Shown here: positions 9,783 to 19,485 of the stretch, in pieces | How the letters are laid out: every line of letters starts with the position of its first letter | Position numbering within the stretch: position 1 is the first letter of the stretch | NCBI GenBank assembly: GCA_001512945.1 | Contig: LFTF01000018.1 | Location: 1,417 to 51,251, forward strand | DNA length: 49,835 nucleotides | Source of the DNA: Clostridiales bacterium DTU023 | GTDB taxonomy: Bacteria > Bacillota > Clostridia > Saccharofermentanales > DTU023 | Direction of reading: 5' to 3' | Translations under genes and position numbers: made by a program | The notes under the pieces: generated by a model | The model's input: only the letters and a program-made list of their open reading frames with translations | Database searches by the model: none | Told to the model about the DNA's origin: nothing

Positions 9783-10507
9783 AGATCAGCAGGATCCTTC
9801 ACCTCGAATTTGTAGCCGACACTCCATACTGTTTTGATCTGCCAGAGCGGATGATCAATAATATCGAGCTTCTCCCGGATACGTTTGATATGGACGTCTA
9901 CCGTTCGCTGTTCTCCGTAGTAATCCATGCCCCAGATATGCTCCAATATCTGATCACGCGTGAAAACGCGGTTGGGATATGACGCAAGGAAAAAAAGGAG
10001 TTCCAGTTCTTTAGGGGGCATGTCAATTTCCCGTTCTCCTATGCGCACCGCGTAACGAATCCGGTCAATGATTAAATCCGGATAGACAACAATATCCTTC
10101 TTTTTACTGTCCGCTTCAGGCTGAAAATGACCCATATTGCGCGATCTTCTTAGAACAGCTTTGACCCGTGCGATGAGTTCCTTGGGATCAAAAGGTTTTA
10201 AGATATAATCGTCCGCTCCGAGTTCAAGGCCAATAATTTTGTCAAGCGTATCGCTTCGCGCGGTGAGCATCAGGACGGGCACATCAGATTCGCGCCGCAA
10301 CTCGCGCATGATGTCAAAACCACTCATCCCGGGAAGCATTAGGTCAAGGATGATGACATCCGGATCAATTGCCCGAACCATGGGTATCACGGCATCGCCT
10401 GTATAGCATTCGCTAACCTTAAACCCATCTTTCTCGAAATACAGTTTAAGTAGTTCACTGATATTTTTATCGTCATCAACGATCAGAACACGTTTTGCCT
10501 CATCCAT
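9779..10507 (-). CDS. OmpR/PhoB-family response regulator
   Basis: Receiver domain (VLIVDDD ... DVIILDLMLPGMSG ... KPF) plus a winged-helix C-terminus (RVFTRDQILEHIWG...VDVHIKRIREKL). Start set at ATG 10507 (MDEAK, GAGAGGGGA upstream) rather than 10522. Confidence 0.9.
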   Translation of the reverse strand: MDEAKRVLIVDDDKNISELLKLYFEKDGFKVSECYTGDAVIPMVRAIDPDVIILDLMLPGMSGFDIMRELRRESDVPVLMLTARSDTLDKIIGLELGADDYILKPFDPKELIARVKAVLRRSRNMGHFQPEADSKKKDIVVYPDLIIDRIRYAVRIGEREIDMPPKELELLFFLASYPNRVFTRDQILEHIWGMDYYGEQRTVDVHIKRIREKLDIIDHPLWQIKTVWSVGYKFEVKDPADL

Positions 10508-10522
10508 GCTATCCCCTCTCAA

Positions 10523-11044
10523 TCATAAAATTTCATAGCCATTGTGTGTGTCTATCTCATTTTCGTCAACATTAAGCGCTGCGTCGTTTTCGAGTAGCGA
10601 TTCGATCTCCGAGAAAAAAGAATTAATATCACTGAATGCGCGATAAACTGAAGCGAATCGGATGTAAGCTACTTCATCAATGCCACGCAGATGTTTTAGC
10701 ACAAGCTCGCCTATCACAGACGTTGTGATCTCTCGTTTCAGAGCATTGCCCGCAGCCCGCTCGACATTGTCGATTAGCTTTTCAATCTGCTGAGTGGTAA
10801 TCGGTCTTTTTTCGCAGCTCTTCATAATTCCGTTGAGAAGTTTCTGTCGGTCAAACGATTGTCGGCTACCATCTTTCTTGATAACCACGAGTGGCATATC
10901 TTCGAGTTTTTCATAGGTTGTGAAACGAGTGCCACACAAAAGACACTCACGTCTGCGTCGGATCGAGCTACCGTCTTCCGCGGGGCGCGAATCGACGACC
11001 TTGTCATCGTTTCCTTCGCAATTCGGGCATTTCACGGGTAGCAC
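10523..11044 (-). CDS. nrdR: Transcriptional repressor NrdR
   Basis: Zinc ribbon CPNC...CLLC at the N-terminus followed by an ATP-cone domain. Typical NrdR length. Confidence 0.92.
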   Translation of the reverse strand: MLPVKCPNCEGNDDKVVDSRPAEDGSSIRRRRECLLCGTRFTTYEKLEDMPLVVIKKDGSRQSFDRQKLLNGIMKSCEKRPITTQQIEKLIDNVERAAGNALKREITTSVIGELVLKHLRGIDEVAYIRFASVYRAFSDINSFFSEIESLLENDAALNVDENEIDTHNGYEIL

Positions 11045-11087
11045 CTCTTTTCAGTATAAAGATCTTAGGACTGTTAATAGAAAGCAT

Positions 11088-11108
11088 GACCGGATCAAAG
11101 ATCCGGCC
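11088..11108 (-). terminator. Stem-loop between ftsZ and nrdR (weak intrinsic terminator or processing site)
   Basis: Minus-strand RNA GGCCGGAUC-UUU-GAUCCGGUC forms a 9-bp stem including one G-U, followed by AUGCUUUCUAUU. The U tract is interrupted. Confidence 0.35.
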
Positions 11109-11179
11109 GCTTGGAAATATCATATTCTTCAGAACAACCTATTCGGCAGTCTCTTCCGGTCAAAATTTCCGAAAATGGA

Positions 11180-12553
11180 TCAGTTGTTTTCTCCGTCTTC
11201 GTCCTGCAAAAACCATGGCAATACGCGCCCTTCCTGACGCCCTTGACGTTGTCTGGCAGGTGATTGATTGACTGCATCGCCGGGTGGCGCCTCATCAAGC
11301 ACACGCGGAGCAGCCTGGCTTTGCCTTGCTGCATTCTCCGAGGCTTGGTTGATCATGTCAATCATGACTTGGTCGCTTTGACGCTGGCTGCTTGGAGTGA
11401 ATCCCGTCGCCTGCGAACCCTGCCCCTGACCACGACCGGCAGATTGCCGACTTCGGGGCGGACGGAGAAAATCGGGCAGATCGTCTATTGTAGATCTCGC
11501 TCCTCCGCTCTGTTGGCGTTGCGGGATACTGAACGAAGGAGCTGCTGTCGCAATCTGCCCTGTTCGCGCAGTCCTCACCTGATTGGTATCACTGGTAAAA
11601 CGGCTGGCAATGATTGTAATAACAAGGTCATCTTGCATATTTTCGTCGATCACGGCGCCGAATATGATATCCGCATCTGGTGAAACTGCTTCACGCACTT
11701 GGGAAGCAGCCTCATTGATCTCTTTGAGTTTCATATCATGACCGCCGGTGAAATTGATAATGATGCTATGAGCACCTTCTATTGTCGTCTCGAGAAGCGG
11801 GCTCGTCATCGCTTGCTTGACCGCCGTTGCCGCACGGCTTTCTCCATTGCCGCGACCAATGCCCATATGGCAAACACCGGCATCTGTCATAACACGCCGC
11901 ACATCGGCCAGGTCAAGGTTGATTAGGCCCGGAACCGCTACAAGATCAGAAATACTTGATACACCGTACTGAAGAACACGATCAGCTAGACCGAACGCTT
12001 CATCCAAAGACGTGTCATCACTGGCTATTTCCAGCAGTTTATCATTGGGAACGACGATGAGAGAATCAACGTATTGCTGAAGTTCACGGATTCCTTTCTC
12101 TGCGTTTTGGCGTCGGCGTGAGCCTTCAAATCTAAATGGCGTTGTGACCACGCCAACAGTCAGAATTCCAAGCTTATTAGCGACCTGCGCAACGATTGGG
12201 GCTGCTCCAGTCCCCGTTCCGCCTCCCATTCCTGCTGTAATGAAAAGCATATCGGAACCATCTATCGCTTTCGAGATCTCTTCAATATTCTCTTCCGCCG
12301 CTTTTTGGCCAATTTCAGGTTGTGCGCCTGCGCCCAGTCCGCGGGTTACCTTTTCACCGATCTGAATTGCTTCACTGGCTTTGGAACTCAGCAAAGATTG
12401 ATGATCCGTATTGACTGCGATAAATTGAATGCCTTGCACTCCACCGTCAATCATTCGGTTGACAGCATTACAACCGCCACCCCCTACTCCTACCACACGA
12501 ATTGTCGCGTAGAGGCCATCGTTCATTCCAATATCAAAACTATAGTCAGCCAC
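11180..12553 (-). CDS. ftsZ: Cell division GTPase FtsZ
   Basis: Tubulin signature [12 protein letters not shown], a long Q/R/S/P-rich linker, and the C-terminal peptide LPWFLQDED. The track start at 12559 is a TTG only 3 nt from AAGGAG. The GTG at 12553 has 9-nt spacing and is preferred. Confidence 0.95.
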   Translation of the reverse strand: MADYSFDIGMNDGLYATIRVVGVGGGGCNAVNRMIDGGVQGIQFIAVNTDHQSLLSSKASEAIQIGEKVTRGLGAGAQPEIGQKAAEENIEEISKAIDGSDMLFITAGMGGGTGTGAAPIVAQVANKLGILTVGVVTTPFRFEGSRRRQNAEKGIRELQQYVDSLIVVPNDKLLEIASDDTSLDEAFGLADRVLQYGVSSISDLVAVPGLINLDLADVRRVMTDAGVCHMGIGRGNGESRAATAVKQAMTSPLLETTIEGAHSIIINFTGGHDMKLKEINEAASQVREAVSPDADIIFGAVIDENMQDDLVITIIASRFTSDTNQVRTARTGQIATAAPSFSIPQRQQSGGARSTIDDLPDFLRPPRSRQSAGRGQGQGSQATGFTPSSQRQSDQVMIDMINQASENAARQSQAAPRVLDEAPPGDAVNQSPARQRQGRQEGRVLPWFLQDEDGENN

Positions 12554-12783
12554 GGCCAATAACTCCTTCCGCTATTAACATCGGTGTTAAATTCATTGTC
12601 ATTACAAGCTGACAACAACCTTTTCGTTATAAGCAGTCTTGTATTCCAAACCAGCAAGTACTTTCAGAACATTTTACACTACCGGTTGTCGCTTGGCAAC
12701 AACAATCACAATCCATTTATAAGTACAGCCCTACGACCAGTGCTGTGCAGATGTCATAACATTAAAATAATGAAGCCAAGAGA

Positions 12784-13185
12784 TCATTCCGCGCCCGGCT
12801 GCGAATCTCCCGTTTGCTCGAGTTTTTGCTCTTCAGAACGGCCAGTGCGCCAAGCCTTCCAAAGCAAGTAAATTTGTCGTGAAATTAAACTGACATTTCT
12901 GAAGATTTTATAAGCAAATATGAACGCCACAACCAGTGCAAAATCAAATTTTATCTGGTTACCTAAAGCCGTTAATAGTACTGCTATAACTATATTTGCG
13001 AAGAATTCTATTAAAAACTTCTCCGGTTCAAACTCATCTTGTTGAAGCGCGCGATAAGAACTTGTCAAAGATTCAATGCCAACCACTGTAAAAACGGCCA
13101 AATACGGAACCAGATTTGAAGGAATCGGTACGTTTGAGAAAAGACCAAGTAACAGTCCAATCAACAATCCTATGATAACAACCAT
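12784..13185 (-). CDS. sbp: Small basic membrane protein of the Sbp/YlxX (DUF1290) type
   Basis: N-terminus MVVIIGLLIGLLLGL..., two to three hydrophobic helices, and a position between ftsQ/divIB and ftsZ as in Bacillus ylxX/sbp. The family assignment is from memory. Confidence 0.6.
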   Translation of the reverse strand: MVVIIGLLIGLLLGLFSNVPIPSNLVPYLAVFTVVGIESLTSSYRALQQDEFEPEKFLIEFFANIVIAVLLTALGNQIKFDFALVVAFIFAYKIFRNVSLISRQIYLLWKAWRTGRSEEQKLEQTGDSQPGAE

Positions 13186-13247
13186 GGGTGTATCTGCCTT
13201 TCTGTATTTCCGTTAAAACGGGATGTCCTTACAACCCTCGTCAAGAC

Positions 13248-14225
13248 CTAAGTCGTATCGGGGCGATAATAGACGGTATCTCCACTCATATCAAGCTCTC
13301 CCGCAGGTCTGCTTTTTAGCCCACCTTCGCCGATTAGGTAACTCAAGAGATTCAATCTTTCTTGTAATAACCTGTTGTCCTCCAGTTTAACACGGATTTC
13401 GCCTCCTTGTGGCAAAGGAATAAACAAGTAGATTTTGCGATCCGAGATCCTACGAATCTGTCGAACTTCTTCCATCAGTTTCAGACCGGAAACATCCGAC
13501 ATATCGTGACGAATCATCGCCGCCATGATGTTGATCGCAACATCTAATTGTACTGGGTCATCAATCTCAAGTACTTGACCTTGTTCCGCCTCCTTGCGAG
13601 TGCGCACCCCTTCTAACACGGGGAGACCGAAGTCCATGTCATTCGCAATCCGAAGCACACAGAGCTCGTGGTCAATGAGGGCAAATCCACCTGCAACACG
13701 CACTGCCAATACTTCAATTTTTTCATCTACTGTAATTCGGATCTCCGAGGGAAACCGGAACTGAACCTTGACTTCTCGGATCAGTGGAAATGCTTCCGAA
13801 ATCAAATCTTCCATGTTTCCGTAACGCAGCGTCAGATACCGAATAGGCGTGCCACCGATACCGTGAATGAAATGCTCGCCTTTTGCGTGATCTGCAAGTG
13901 CAGCTACTGCCTTGTCCTCAATGTGCCTTGTTCCGCGGACAGTGACGTCTTCAATTTGAAACTGTGGTAAAAGAGCAATCAGGGCTGCGATGACAGCAAT
14001 GACAGCTATTACACCCAGCAACTTCAACGGCCATCCGACCAATTGTCGGCGACGCTGCGCATTGATTCGTTTACGCCTGCTATCTTCAGTAAAGGGGGAT
14101 GGCGAAAAGATTTCCGGATAGTCTGAGTTTCGACGCCTGTTGTCCACCGTTGCCATACTCTTTTTTCCGCCGGATTTTACGCCCTTTGTTTTCCGGCTGC
14201 CCTTTTTAACGGTCTTCCGTTTCAT
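13248..14225 (-). CDS. ftsQ: Cell division protein FtsQ/DivIB (basic N-tail, one TM, POTRA + FtsQ domains)
   Basis: Lys/Arg-rich cytoplasmic tail, TM (LLGVIAVIAVIAALIALL), POTRA-like IEDVTVRGTRHIE, and a position after murG in the dcw cluster. Confidence 0.75.
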   Translation of the reverse strand: MKRKTVKKGSRKTKGVKSGGKKSMATVDNRRRNSDYPEIFSPSPFTEDSRRKRINAQRRRQLVGWPLKLLGVIAVIAVIAALIALLPQFQIEDVTVRGTRHIEDKAVAALADHAKGEHFIHGIGGTPIRYLTLRYGNMEDLISEAFPLIREVKVQFRFPSEIRITVDEKIEVLAVRVAGGFALIDHELCVLRIANDMDFGLPVLEGVRTRKEAEQGQVLEIDDPVQLDVAINIMAAMIRHDMSDVSGLKLMEEVRQIRRISDRKIYLFIPLPQGGEIRVKLEDNRLLQERLNLLSYLIGEGGLKSRPAGELDMSGDTVYYRPDTT

Positions 14226-14226
14226 T

Positions 14227-15369
14227 TTATTTTACGACCTTAGGTACGCTCTCAGCAATCACACGGGCTGCTTGAGGCGTGGCCCATCTGCCGGCACTTT
14301 CTCCCATTTCAGCCAATACTTCCGGCTGTTGGATCATTTGAGAGATTGTATCGAGCAACGTTTGGCTGTCAAAATCGCTGTCAGCACAGATTATTGAGGC
14401 TCCGGCCTCCTGCATGGCTCGCGCATTCTCCGTCTGATGATCGTCAGCAGCAAAAGGGTACGGTATAAGCATAGAAGGCTTTGCCTGTGCCGCGATTTCA
14501 GCACATGTCATGGCCCCCGCGCGTCCTACAAAGAAATCGCACGCGGCTATCCAATAGGGCGCGTCATGAAAAAAATGCTCTGCCTTAACCACTCCCGGAA
14601 TCTTAGCCAACTCATCTGCTAATGATTTATCACTTTGTACGCCAGTGCTGATGCTAAGCCTGGCAGTAGGGTGCTTTTCGAGCAATGCCGACCATTTGCC
14701 CTCATCATCGATATGGGCAACCGCATTATTCAGCGTTCTCGCGCCAAGACTTCCACCCATGAGGAGAACAAGGAATAAATCGTCCTCAATGTTCAAGGCT
14801 TCCCGGGCACTTTGACGGTCTATCTCATAAAATATCTTGCGGACAGGATTCCCGCTCATAATCAGGCTGCTTTTGTCTGGAAAATACTGACGACTCGCAT
14901 CGTAACTAAGAAAAACAGTTTCCGCTTTTCGTGCAAACATGCGGTTTGCCCTGCCCGGCACAGAGTTTTGCTCATGAATGATGTACGGCACACCACGCCA
15001 TTTTGCGGCAGCAAGCAAAGGGGCTGATACAAAACCACCTGTACCGATGACGAGACGAGGACGCTCCTCTTCGAGGATCGCATCACTCAAAAAGATGCCA
15101 CGAATGTTTTGGGTAACCCAGCTGACGTAGCGACAATCATGCTTGGAGGGCATATTCTGAGCAGCAATCGGACGGAACTCGAACCCTTCCGCTTGAACTA
15201 GTTTTTGCTCGAGACCTTTTTCAACACCACAGAATACGAGCCGTGTCAAAGGATGCAAACGTTTCAACTCAGATGCAATGGCAAGCGCCGGGTAAATGTG
15301 CCCGCTTGTGCCACCGGCAACAACTATGATCGTGTCGGCTACCTTTTTGCGCTTACCGTATCTCTTCAT
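14227..15369 (-). CDS. murG: UDP-N-acetylglucosamine--N-acetylmuramyl-(pentapeptide) pyrophosphoryl-undecaprenol GlcNAc transferase
   Basis: G-loop VVAGGTSGHIYPALA, C-terminal donor-binding region (GRAGAMTCAEIAA ... DDHQTENA), and dcw context. Confidence 0.92.
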   Translation of the reverse strand: MKRYGKRKKVADTIIVVAGGTSGHIYPALAIASELKRLHPLTRLVFCGVEKGLEQKLVQAEGFEFRPIAAQNMPSKHDCRYVSWVTQNIRGIFLSDAILEEERPRLVIGTGGFVSAPLLAAAKWRGVPYIIHEQNSVPGRANRMFARKAETVFLSYDASRQYFPDKSSLIMSGNPVRKIFYEIDRQSAREALNIEDDLFLVLLMGGSLGARTLNNAVAHIDDEGKWSALLEKHPTARLSISTGVQSDKSLADELAKIPGVVKAEHFFHDAPYWIAACDFFVGRAGAMTCAEIAAQAKPSMLIPYPFAADDHQTENARAMQEAGASIICADSDFDSQTLLDTISQMIQQPEVLAEMGESAGRWATPQAARVIAESVPKVVK

Positions 15370-15425
15370 TTCAAGTGCACCATTCCCGCTCAGTTTCGTC
15401 GATTCTCATATCTCAGCGTCATCCT

Positions 15426-16943
15426 CTATACAGCGTAACCTACGACATCTTCTTCATCCAGCTCTTCTTCGAGAGCCTTGCGCGCCTTGCGTCCTCCCTT
15501 GGGATCTACAATCCTTGCAAGATTGCGGTCACAGCGTGTTGCAGATTTGGACACACAGAGCACAAGGCCGGCCGCAACTGCGAAAAAGATGTTAGCCGTG
15601 CCACCGTAACTAAAGAAGGGCAATGAAATTCCCGTCGCAGGGATTAAACTAGCTGCCACTGCCATATTAAGGAATGCCTGGATAGAAATCAATATCGTAT
15701 TGCCTGCCGCGACGAGCATCGCCATCTGGGTAGATGCGCCCTTCGCAACCATAAGGCCTGAGACAAGGAATGCGAGGAATAAGACTACAACGCCCAATAC
15801 ACCGATAAAGCCGAGCTCTTCGCCTATGACAGGCAAGATGAAGTCGTTGTGTGCCTCCGATAACCAATTTAGTTTTTGTACGCTTTTTCCAAGGCCCTTC
15901 CCTGTAAGACCACCAGACCCAAGTGCGATCTCCGCCTGTTCTATCTGCAAGCGGTCGTCTTCACTAGCAGCCGCTCGGTCTTGGAAAGTCCCCACTCTTC
16001 TGAATACGTGTGAGAAACGATCGCTTATAAATGCTGTTGTGGATTCCTTGGTAACTATTTGAAAAACAAAACCGATCGCGACACTCAGGATCACGACGAT
16101 AATCACCAATTGTATTGCTCCGGTCATCCATGATTTTAGTGGGATGTCAGCCAGAAAGAAGACAACCAAACTGACCAGCGCAATAATCACGGCCCCCGAT
16201 AAATGAGGCTGAATTAACGTGAGCACAATCCAGACTGAGACCAGTAACGCCGGCCAAGTAACATCTAAAAAAGCTTGCTTGTTTAGTGATGTCTTATGAT
16301 GTTCGCCGGTTCTACCTGACAGCCGTACATCAGACGTGCGTTTCATCTCGAGCTTTCTGGTTCTGGAGCGGTGAGAAAAATATCCGGCAAGAAAAAATAC
16401 GGCACCAATTTTTGCCAATTCTGAGGGCTGAAAACTGTTGGATCCCAGGTTGATCCAACGGCGGGCACCGTTGATCACGGTTCCCTGCACGCGACAATAG
16501 ACAAGACTCACCGTCACCAACAGATAGAGTAGGATACCGAGCACAGGTCGAGTAAATTGACGAAAACGTACACATGCGCCGATAAAAATTGCTACAAGTG
16601 TTCCGGCAACCGTCAGGATCACTTGTTTTCGGGCCAGAGCAGTCGCGTCAGCTTCGAGGATAGCTCTAACAGGCGATGACTCATCAAGTCCGCCTGCAAT
16701 ATCCAATTGTGTGCGAAGCCCCGCGCTCGATTGGATAAAACTTACTCCATAACTTGCGCTGAACATCATCAGCAATCCGAAGCAAACCAAAATTAAACAG
16801 ATGAAGAGAAATGTCAAAGACATATGTCGGTGCGTTGAAAGCAGTTTGTAATTAAGAGGCATTTTTGCATTGAAACGCGCAGACGCATCTACCTTCACTC
16901 TATCCACCGGCCGTGTCTTCAATCGTTCCGCCATCGTGTTCAC
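15426..16943 (-). CDS. ftsW: SEDS-family peptidoglycan glycosyltransferase FtsW/SpoVE
   Basis: Polytopic membrane protein with SEDS motifs (QPSELAKI, SEAHNDFI, LPFFSYGG). It lies between mraY and murG. It has unusually long N-terminal and C-terminal tails and a charged internal insert. Confidence 0.85.
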   Translation of the reverse strand: MNTMAERLKTRPVDRVKVDASARFNAKMPLNYKLLSTHRHMSLTFLFICLILVCFGLLMMFSASYGVSFIQSSAGLRTQLDIAGGLDESSPVRAILEADATALARKQVILTVAGTLVAIFIGACVRFRQFTRPVLGILLYLLVTVSLVYCRVQGTVINGARRWINLGSNSFQPSELAKIGAVFFLAGYFSHRSRTRKLEMKRTSDVRLSGRTGEHHKTSLNKQAFLDVTWPALLVSVWIVLTLIQPHLSGAVIIALVSLVVFFLADIPLKSWMTGAIQLVIIVVILSVAIGFVFQIVTKESTTAFISDRFSHVFRRVGTFQDRAAASEDDRLQIEQAEIALGSGGLTGKGLGKSVQKLNWLSEAHNDFILPVIGEELGFIGVLGVVVLFLAFLVSGLMVAKGASTQMAMLVAAGNTILISIQAFLNMAVAASLIPATGISLPFFSYGGTANIFFAVAAGLVLCVSKSATRCDRNLARIVDPKGGRKARKALEEELDEEDVVGYAV

Positions 16944-17974
16944 CTCCCGAACAAGGGGCCTGAAACGAGAAAAAACCCAAGGATGGCTGCAACTAACGCG
17001 ATCAAGCTGAACACATTGACGATTTTCGTTTCCCGCCAGCCACCAAGTTCAAAATGATGATGGATCGGCGACATCCTGAATATTCGTTTCCCCCCCGTGC
17101 GTTTGAAGTACAAAACCTGCAGTACGACAGAAAAACCTTCGAAGAAAAATACAAATCCTGTAATGACAGCCAAATAAGGCACACCCGCCATGACCGTTAA
17201 AAATGCAAAGCCTATCCCTAACGCCTGTGAGCCTGTATCGCCCATAAAGATTTTAGCCGGGTACCTGTTAAAAAAAAGGAATCCGAGACAGCCCGCTGCC
17301 AGCGCAACCGAAAGGGTCGTGAAAGACAGTGAGAGAGCTTGGGGAAGAATTGCGGAAAGCAGTCCGCCCACTGACAAAAGACCCAGGGACGCGACGACCA
17401 TTAAACTGGCGAGAAGCCCATCTACCCCATCGGTGATATTGACTGAATTGCTCATATAGAAAAGGAACGGCACGAGAAATACAAAATATAAAGCTTTCCA
17501 CCAACCTGTGACAAGAATTGGTTGCACCGAAAAAGGCACTAAAATAAATGGCGGAACAGGAGAGATCCAAAGGTAATATACTGCGGCGACAACCGAGAAG
17601 AAACCAAGCAGCAATGTTTTCTGCTTAACGCTTAATCCCTTAGGTGAAACGCTTACCTTGATGTAGTCATCAATAAAACCGACAGATGCAAAAAGGAGCA
17701 TCAAGACAATCGTAGCGGACATCTGCATGAGATCTTTGCGCAGCAATGGCCCGACAATTCCCAAGATCGCGATCGGGATGACAAAGAAAAATCCTCCGAA
17801 TGTCGGCGTTCCGGATTTCGCCAAATGCGTCTGTGGTCCATTATGGCGGATAGGCTGTTCTGAACTCCTATGCCTGATTATCGGTAAGCCGATAAGTCCG
17901 GTTAGAAGCGTCGCGATGAAAACTGCGAAACCAGCCACTGCGGCAAAAAGCATGTCACGAACAGGAAACATCAT
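16940..17974 (-). CDS. mraY: Phospho-N-acetylmuramoyl-pentapeptide transferase
   Basis: Characteristic motifs FIDDYIKV, NSVNITDGVDGL, FMGDTGSQALG and PIHHHFE. Confidence 0.95.
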   Translation of the reverse strand: MMFPVRDMLFAAVAGFAVFIATLLTGLIGLPIIRHRSSEQPIRHNGPQTHLAKSGTPTFGGFFFVIPIAILGIVGPLLRKDLMQMSATIVLMLLFASVGFIDDYIKVSVSPKGLSVKQKTLLLGFFSVVAAVYYLWISPVPPFILVPFSVQPILVTGWWKALYFVFLVPFLFYMSNSVNITDGVDGLLASLMVVASLGLLSVGGLLSAILPQALSLSFTTLSVALAAGCLGFLFFNRYPAKIFMGDTGSQALGIGFAFLTVMAGVPYLAVITGFVFFFEGFSVVLQVLYFKRTGGKRIFRMSPIHHHFELGGWRETKIVNVFSLIALVAAILGFFLVSGPLFGR

Positions 17975-19470
17975 CGGCGGTCCTTCTCATTATCTTGGCT
18001 TTCACGAAGCGCTTTCGTTATTTTTTCCAGCTCATAGTATCGAGATGCCTTGAGAAGCAGGAAATCGTCTTTTTTTAATTGGCTTAGGATATCGGGAATC
18101 GCGTCTTCACAAGAAGCGTACCAGCCGGCGAACAACCCCGTGCCTTCCTGACTTCCAAGCAGGTAGTCGCGAGTAATCTTCGTTTCTTCGCCGATCAAAA
18201 ATGCAAGATCAACGCCCGCATGCAACAACTGAAGCGCGATATCTTCATGCGCTTCATTGGAATAGCGCCCAAGCTCTCTCAACCCCCCGATGACCGCAAC
18301 AAAACGCGGGCTATCCTCAGATAATAATCCGGCTGTTTGTAACGCTGCGTGGAGTGATTCCGGCGCAGCATTGTAAGCATCATCCATCACATCTATTGAC
18401 CCGATGCGAATCAATTCCTGTCTGCTCTCAGTGGGGACATACCTGCCCGCTGAGGCAGCGGCTTCTTGCATATTGAGTCCCATGGCATAAGCTACCGCCA
18501 GACCAAAAAGTACGGCAGGCACGAGATGCAAACCGGGTACTTGCAAGAAGACAGGCCAACGTTCTTCTGGCGTCAGGTTGGAGCGCCCAATAAACGACAG
18601 ACTGCCTCGATCCATCCGCACGTGTTCCGCCCAAAACACAGGAATACCGTCACGCTCCAATCTGCCCACGTTATGCTCACTTGCGATATACCATACCGGC
18701 AAAGCTGGCTGCTCTCTTACCACCCAACTTTCAAGCATGGGATCGCCCCCATTGACGATGAGAAGTCCGTTGTCCTTCATGCCCACCGTTATGGAAACCT
18801 TTTCTTCCAAAATATCGCTCATGGATCCAATGTGCTCCGCGTGCGACATGCCAATCCGAGTAATCACGGCAATATCGGGAAGCGAAATCGTGGATAGCGT
18901 GCGAATCGCACCCTTGCGAGCCATGCCAATCTCAGCAACCAAAGCCTGCGTATTAAGGCTGGTTGACAGAATAGTCCGCGGGAGGCCTACCTGGTTATTG
19001 TAGTTTTTTGCTGATTGTTCAGCTTTTACCTGTGACTTGATCATCTGATAGATCATACGGCGCGTCGTTGTTTTTCCGATGCTCCCCGTCACGCCTATCA
19101 CACTAGCGGTCAGAGTGGACCTAAACCCCCTGGCAATATCCTGATATGCTTTCAAAGTGTCGTCGACTACCAACAGATCTGGCGCATGGTCGTTCTCATC
19201 AAGAAGTTTGAAACAATCGTCCAATTCTGTCGCATCTCGCGCAACCACAACGAGGCCGGCGCCTTTTGCTATGGCAGCCATAAGGAAATGGTGGCCATCA
19301 AAATGATCTCCGCGCAATGGAATGAAAACTTCACCAGGAAGTACCGTCCGCGTATCTGTAGACACAGACGGGTAGAAGCGCTCAGGGTCGCACGCATGAT
19401 TGTCTGTCTGGAACAGCTCACCGTTCGTCCAGAGTTTCAATTGCATAGGCAAAATTCGAATCATCATCAT
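17971..19470 (-). CDS. murF: UDP-N-acetylmuramoyl-tripeptide--D-alanyl-D-alanine ligase
   Basis: MurF-type N-terminus (VSTDTRTVLPGEVFIPLRGDHFDGHHF) and Mur ligase P-loop GVTGSIGKTTT. It overlaps mraY by 4 nt. Confidence 0.88.
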   Translation of the reverse strand: MMMIRILPMQLKLWTNGELFQTDNHACDPERFYPSVSTDTRTVLPGEVFIPLRGDHFDGHHFLMAAIAKGAGLVVVARDATELDDCFKLLDENDHAPDLLVVDDTLKAYQDIARGFRSTLTASVIGVTGSIGKTTTRRMIYQMIKSQVKAEQSAKNYNNQVGLPRTILSTSLNTQALVAEIGMARKGAIRTLSTISLPDIAVITRIGMSHAEHIGSMSDILEEKVSITVGMKDNGLLIVNGGDPMLESWVVREQPALPVWYIASEHNVGRLERDGIPVFWAEHVRMDRGSLSFIGRSNLTPEERWPVFLQVPGLHLVPAVLFGLAVAYAMGLNMQEAAASAGRYVPTESRQELIRIGSIDVMDDAYNAAPESLHAALQTAGLLSEDSPRFVAVIGGLRELGRYSNEAHEDIALQLLHAGVDLAFLIGEETKITRDYLLGSQEGTGLFAGWYASCEDAIPDILSQLKKDDFLLLKASRYYELEKITKALRESQDNEKDRR

Positions 19471-19485
19471 AAATCTTTCATGCTG